61,358 bases of DNA from an uncultured Oscillospiraceae bacterium (GTDB lineage: Bacteria > Bacillota > Clostridia > RUG12999): NCBI GenBank assembly GCA_964418245.1, contig CAYQKW010000005.1:1-61358 (forward strand), read 5' to 3'. Of this stretch, positions 57,741 through 61,358 are shown in pieces. How positions within the stretch are numbered: the first letter of the stretch is position 1; each line of letters opens with the position of its first letter. Both the position numbers and the translations under genes were made by a program. The notes under the pieces are model-generated. The model did not search any database and was not told where the DNA came from. It saw nothing but the letters and a program-made list of their open reading frames with translations.

Positions 57741-60700
57741 TTATTCCACCACCAAAAAAGTAATCAATTCAAAATCGTTCAGTCCTGTAAAATTATTCAT
57801 CAAAAGAGTTGTTCCTCCCGGTTTAAAAAGACTGTCGATGTCGCATTCTTCCTTAACTTCAATAATGGAGGATATGGCATCTCCCAAAAGTTTTGAGAAT
57901 TTTGACATATCTCTGCCGTCTTGAGTTTCTTTGTTAAATTCACGATAAACCTCTGCAATAGGTTCTGTTTTGCCTTTGCACAAACAACGCAATTTATCAA
58001 GCATTTTTTTCGGCGACAAATGGTCGCAAACAACCGCTCCGTCTGCTGTGATATACACCATATAAAACGGGTGCAATCTGTTTTGTTTATCAATATTAAC
58101 GCTGTTTGAACGGTTTTTGAGTATATATATCACACCCGGAGGATTTTCTTCTGTTGAGGGAACAACGGAATGCAAACCATATGGTGTTTTGTCGATATTG
58201 GGATGATATTTTGTATATTCAAGCAAATCAAGCCTAAATTCATTAAGTCCCAAATCCATAATCGAAATTCCGCTTGACATATCCTCAATATCCACAACTT
58301 CTTCTTGTAATCGTTTCAGCTGTGCTTTTCGATATTCAAGGTCTGTTTTTTCTTCATCACTCAAAAGATTGTCATCGCCGGTTGCCGTCATATCGACAAT
58401 TTTCATTCTTGTTTCAACTTTTGCTTTAAGGTCAATATACTCATCAAGAGTAACATCGGGACAAAAATTCACAAGCTGTATATATTTATTTTTACTTCCT
58501 ATACGGTCAATTCTGCCGAACCGCTGAATTATGCGGACAGGATTCCAATGTATATCATAATTTATAAGATAATCGCAGTCCTGCAAGTTTTGTCCCTCGG
58601 AAATACAGTCCGTTGCTATAAGAATATCAATATCGTATTTTGGTATGCTTTCAAACATATCTCTGTCTTTCGATATGGGAGAAAAGCAAGTAAGCACTGT
58701 ATTTAAGTCGCATTTTAATTTCGGAATTGTTGTTTTTCCCTCAACAGAACCGGTAATGAGTGCGGTTTCAAGTCCGAAATTATTTTTTGCAAATTCGCTG
58801 ACATTTTCGTACAAATAATCGGCGGTATCGGCAAAAGCGGTGAAGATAATCACTTTTTTATTGCCTGCATTAATAGGATTTTCGATTTTATTTACCAAAA
58901 CAGAAAACAACTTCTGCAATTTGCTGTCGTGTTCGGGTGTTATATCCCCGACCATCAAAGTTAAAAGTTCAAGAATATCTTTATCTTTTTCAAGGCTTGT
59001 TTTCCAGGATTTATAGTCCATATCCGCAAGGCTGATTTTCACTTTTTTGCCAAAAGAAAAAAGTTCGTCACCGTTTTGGTCATCATTGTCAAATTCGTCA
59101 ATGTTTGTGATGTCTGTTAAGTCAAGATTGACTTTTGAAACATTATCGTATTCTTCAATGGTGCTTATGGTACTTGTAATTAAGTCCTTAATTCTTGTCA
59201 ATGTCAGGTTGAAAGAATATACCGAACTTTCCATACGTTTCATAAGATTGATTGCCATAAGTCTGCGAAGCCCTTGTTCACGGTTGGCTTGAGTGAACCC
59301 GACATTTATTTTATCGTCACCGAAAACTTCTTTATATTTTTCAATTCTGCTCGGCAGCAGATAATGTGACGGTGTATAAATCGAAAGCGAAAGCTGTGTG
59401 AGCTGTTCAAATATTTCATTATAGTTTATCACTTTTTCCAAATCAGTCAAACAAGGGCTTAGAGAAACAGGTTTCAGGCGTAACGGGAATGTTCCTATTT
59501 CTTCCATATCGTAATATTTTTGTATGTGTTTTCTGGAACGGGCAATCGTTACCGAATCAAGCACTTCAAAAAAGTCAAAATCCAGCATTTTAAGCAAACT
59601 TTCCGTGGTTCTTTCTGCCGGATTCCATTTGCTCCACGTATTAAAAGCTCTTTGTGCGTTTTTAAAAATTTCGTTGATTGAGTGATTTGTGTTCAATTTA
59701 TCATCAATCAGCTCCGTATTCCCCTCATATGCAAGCGCAAGCTGATTTTTAAGGTCGTTAAATCTGTTGTTTACGGGTGTTGCGGAAAGCATAAGTACTT
59801 TTGTTTTAACACCGGTACGAATAACCTTTTTAAGAAGTTTCAAATATCTGTTTTGCTTTTCGTCATCATTACCGGAAACTTTTCCGCCGTTTCGGAAGTT
59901 ATGCGATTCGTCAATCACAACAAGGTCGTAGTTTCCCCAATTAAGCCTATCCAAATCAAGACCGTTTGATTTTCCGCTTGCACGATTCAAATCGGTATGA
60001 TATAAAACATCATATCGTAATCTGTCGGCGGCAATCGGATTATTTATGTAATTATCTTTATATGTATTCCAGTTGTTCGAGAGTTTTTTCGGACACAGCA
60101 CAAGAACGGATTTATTTCTGTTTTCATAATATTTGATAACCGCAAGAGCAGTAAATGTTTTGCCTAATCCGACACTATCGGCTAAAATACAGCCGTTAAA
60201 TTTTTCGAGTTTATTTATAATGGCAAGTGCGGCATCTTTTTGAAAATTGTAAAGTATATTCCAAATTTTGCTTTCCTTAAATCCCGTTGCTTCGTTAGGC
60301 AAATCATCATCGCTTATATCGTTCAAAAATTCGCTGAATATGTTATACAGCGTAACAAAATATATAAAATCGGGAGAATTTTCGTTATATGCCGCCGTGA
60401 TGCTTTCAATCACTTCATCCGTAACTGTCTGCAAATGATTTTTATCGTTCCAAATTTCATTGAAACTTTTCAGCAAGGTTTGAGCCAAACTCTCATCTTT
60501 CACAATAGCGGTGCTTATGGTGTTTCCTTTTTCACATCCAATTTCAACCGCCGTAAATTCCTTTATCGGAGTATATCCTATATTATCAATAACCATCCTG
60601 CCTTGAATTGTTTTATCGCCGGTATTGGACTTGAACGTTACTTTTTTCTTTATCCACTCCGCACATTCTTTTGCTATTGCTTTTTGAGTCAGTTTGTTAC

Positions 60701-60974
60701 GCAGTTTCACTTCATATTCCGTTCCGTAAAGATTTTTTTCGCGATTAAGCCGAGGAATATAAAATTCACGGTTTTCTTTTTTCTCTTTTTCGGCAATAAA
60801 CGCCGGAGATGTAAATATAAAACGAAGTTCATCAATATTGGTTAGTTCGTCTTTCAGCTCTTGAAACGCATAAATCGAAAAGCAAGCGGCGGCAATGGCA
60901 ACTTTGCTTCCGTCGGTTATTTCGACTTTCAAATCATCTTTTAATGTTTTCGATACATTATCTATAATTTCCAT
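57741..60974 (-). CDS. SNF2-family helicase with a roughly 250-aa uncharacterised N-terminal domain
   Basis: Motif I DSVGLGKT, motif II VIDESHNFRN and SATPVNN are present. The C-terminal motifs are ATDCISEGQNLQ and QRFGRIDRIGS. The start is chosen at MEIIDN, 8 nt after GGGAG. Confidence 0.85.
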   Translation of the reverse strand: MEIIDNVSKTLKDDLKVEITDGSKVAIAAACFSIYAFQELKDELTNIDELRFIFTSPAFIAEKEKKENREFYIPRLNREKNLYGTEYEVKLRNKLTQKAIAKECAEWIKKKVTFKSNTGDKTIQGRMVIDNIGYTPIKEFTAVEIGCEKGNTISTAIVKDESLAQTLLKSFNEIWNDKNHLQTVTDEVIESITAAYNENSPDFIYFVTLYNIFSEFLNDISDDDLPNEATGFKESKIWNILYNFQKDAALAIINKLEKFNGCILADSVGLGKTFTALAVIKYYENRNKSVLVLCPKKLSNNWNTYKDNYINNPIAADRLRYDVLYHTDLNRASGKSNGLDLDRLNWGNYDLVVIDESHNFRNGGKVSGNDDEKQNRYLKLLKKVIRTGVKTKVLMLSATPVNNRFNDLKNQLALAYEGNTELIDDKLNTNHSINEIFKNAQRAFNTWSKWNPAERTTESLLKMLDFDFFEVLDSVTIARSRKHIQKYYDMEEIGTFPLRLKPVSLSPCLTDLEKVINYNEIFEQLTQLSLSIYTPSHYLLPSRIEKYKEVFGDDKINVGFTQANREQGLRRLMAINLMKRMESSVYSFNLTLTRIKDLITSTISTIEEYDNVSKVNLDLTDITNIDEFDNDDQNGDELFSFGKKVKISLADMDYKSWKTSLEKDKDILELLTLMVGDITPEHDSKLQKLFSVLVNKIENPINAGNKKVIIFTAFADTADYLYENVSEFAKNNFGLETALITGSVEGKTTIPKLKCDLNTVLTCFSPISKDRDMFESIPKYDIDILIATDCISEGQNLQDCDYLINYDIHWNPVRIIQRFGRIDRIGSKNKYIQLVNFCPDVTLDEYIDLKAKVETRMKIVDMTATGDDNLLSDEEKTDLEYRKAQLKRLQEEVVDIEDMSSGISIMDLGLNEFRLDLLEYTKYHPNIDKTPYGLHSVVPSTEENPPGVIYILKNRSNSVNIDKQNRLHPFYMVYITADGAVVCDHLSPKKMLDKLRCLCKGKTEPIAEVYREFNKETQDGRDMSKFSKLLGDAISSIIEVKEECDIDSLFKPGGTTLLMNNFTGLNDFELITFLVVE

Positions 60975-61172
60975 AGTATAAACTCCCATCGTACGTTTAT
61001 AATCGCAAAATCAAAGCCCCCGGAAACAAACTTTGTTTCTAATGTGTATAACCTATATAATATCGCATATATCACCGTTGCGTTCTGCGTATATTCTCAC
61101 GAGAACCGAAATTGCCGTATGTTTATTCTTGTTAATCTTTGTCATTACCGACGGTGATGCTTCTTTTTGTGC

Positions 61173-61270
61173 AAGCAATACCGCAAAGCGGTTTGCATTC
61201 ATAAAAACGGTAACAATAAATCTACCTTGTATCATGCGTCCGCAGACACTTATTTAATCTATAGATTTAT
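61173..61270 (-). repeat. Inverted copy of repeat module A, 5' of the SNF2 operon
   Basis: Its reverse complement aligns with 29975..30073. Confidence 0.85.
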
Positions 61271-61321
61271 TTAACCGGGAAGTAAAAATGCTTGCTTGCA
61301 AGAGCATTTTTACGACGCCGT
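61268..61321 (-). repeat. Inverted copy of repeat module C
   Basis: Its reverse complement aligns with 30158..30212. Confidence 0.8.
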
Positions 61322-61328
61322 GGGTTAT

Positions 61329-61358
61329 GTAGCTGTGCGAAGCACAGCAAGGACGTTA
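61329..61358 (-). repeat. Partial inverted copy of repeat module B, truncated by the window end
   Basis: The reverse complement cgtccttgctgtgcttcgcacagctac aligns with cgtcctttctgtgcttcgcacacctac. Confidence 0.7.

Noticed and set aside
49366-60974. Classifying the island as DISARM or BREX
   Set aside because: There is no DUF1998/DrmA/DrmB-like protein, no PglZ and no BrxC/BrxL-like protein. The methyltransferase and nuclease are standard Type III Mod and Res.
61033-61257. ORFs 61033..61257 (+) and 61053..61235 (-)
   Set aside because: They overlap each other and repeat module A. They have no RBS and implausible composition, and the corresponding region of the other module A copy has no equivalent ORF.
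1-61358. tRNA, rRNA, integrase/transposase or prophage genes
   Set aside because: I inspected all intergenic gaps above about 100 bp and all track ORFs. I recognised no cloverleaf-compatible sequence, no rRNA-like stretch and no recombinase motifs.

Overview
This is a 61.4-kb window from a low-GC Firmicutes (Clostridia-like) chromosome. It is probably a whole contig, because it starts inside a gene and ends inside a multi-copy repeat. About 70% is ordinary housekeeping: lexA, an ABC-F ATPase, ribF, rsmI, aspS-hisS, typA, a phosphoglucomutase, an aconitase-family hydratase, rnfCDGEAB, manA, ptsH, rhaA and an SDR. Four regions are not ordinary.

1. **Defence operon, 49.4-61.0 kb, minus strand.** The gene order is SNF2 helicase, a short DUF4391-like protein, an unknown 113-aa protein, a DUF4391 protein, a RhuM remnant, a YhcG-like nuclease, Type III mod, a four-helix-bundle gene, then Type III res. 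The mod gene is switched out of frame by a G9 tract. It also carries in-frame copies of the AGGAATTAGG-type inverted-repeat element that flanks the four-helix-bundle gene.
2. **Glycyl-radical region, 26-34 kb.** It holds a short glycyl radical enzyme broken by a single in-frame TAG, its activase, and a split AraC regulator. Next to it is a pyruvate formate-lyase naturally split into a 685-aa catalytic piece, a 60-aa Cys-rich ORF and a separate 77-aa glycyl-radical domain, followed by pflA.
3. **Modular repeat family.** Hairpin-rich units A, B and C are separated by TGNTATAAT-like boxes. One copy sits 5' of pflB. A second copy, in inverted orientation, sits 5' of the SNF2 operon at the contig end.
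4. **Methyltransferase cassette.** A 1.8-kb HTH plus m5C-methyltransferase cassette is bracketed by a 17-bp direct repeat.

All functional calls come from reading motifs in the supplied translations and from memory of protein families. No searches were run.
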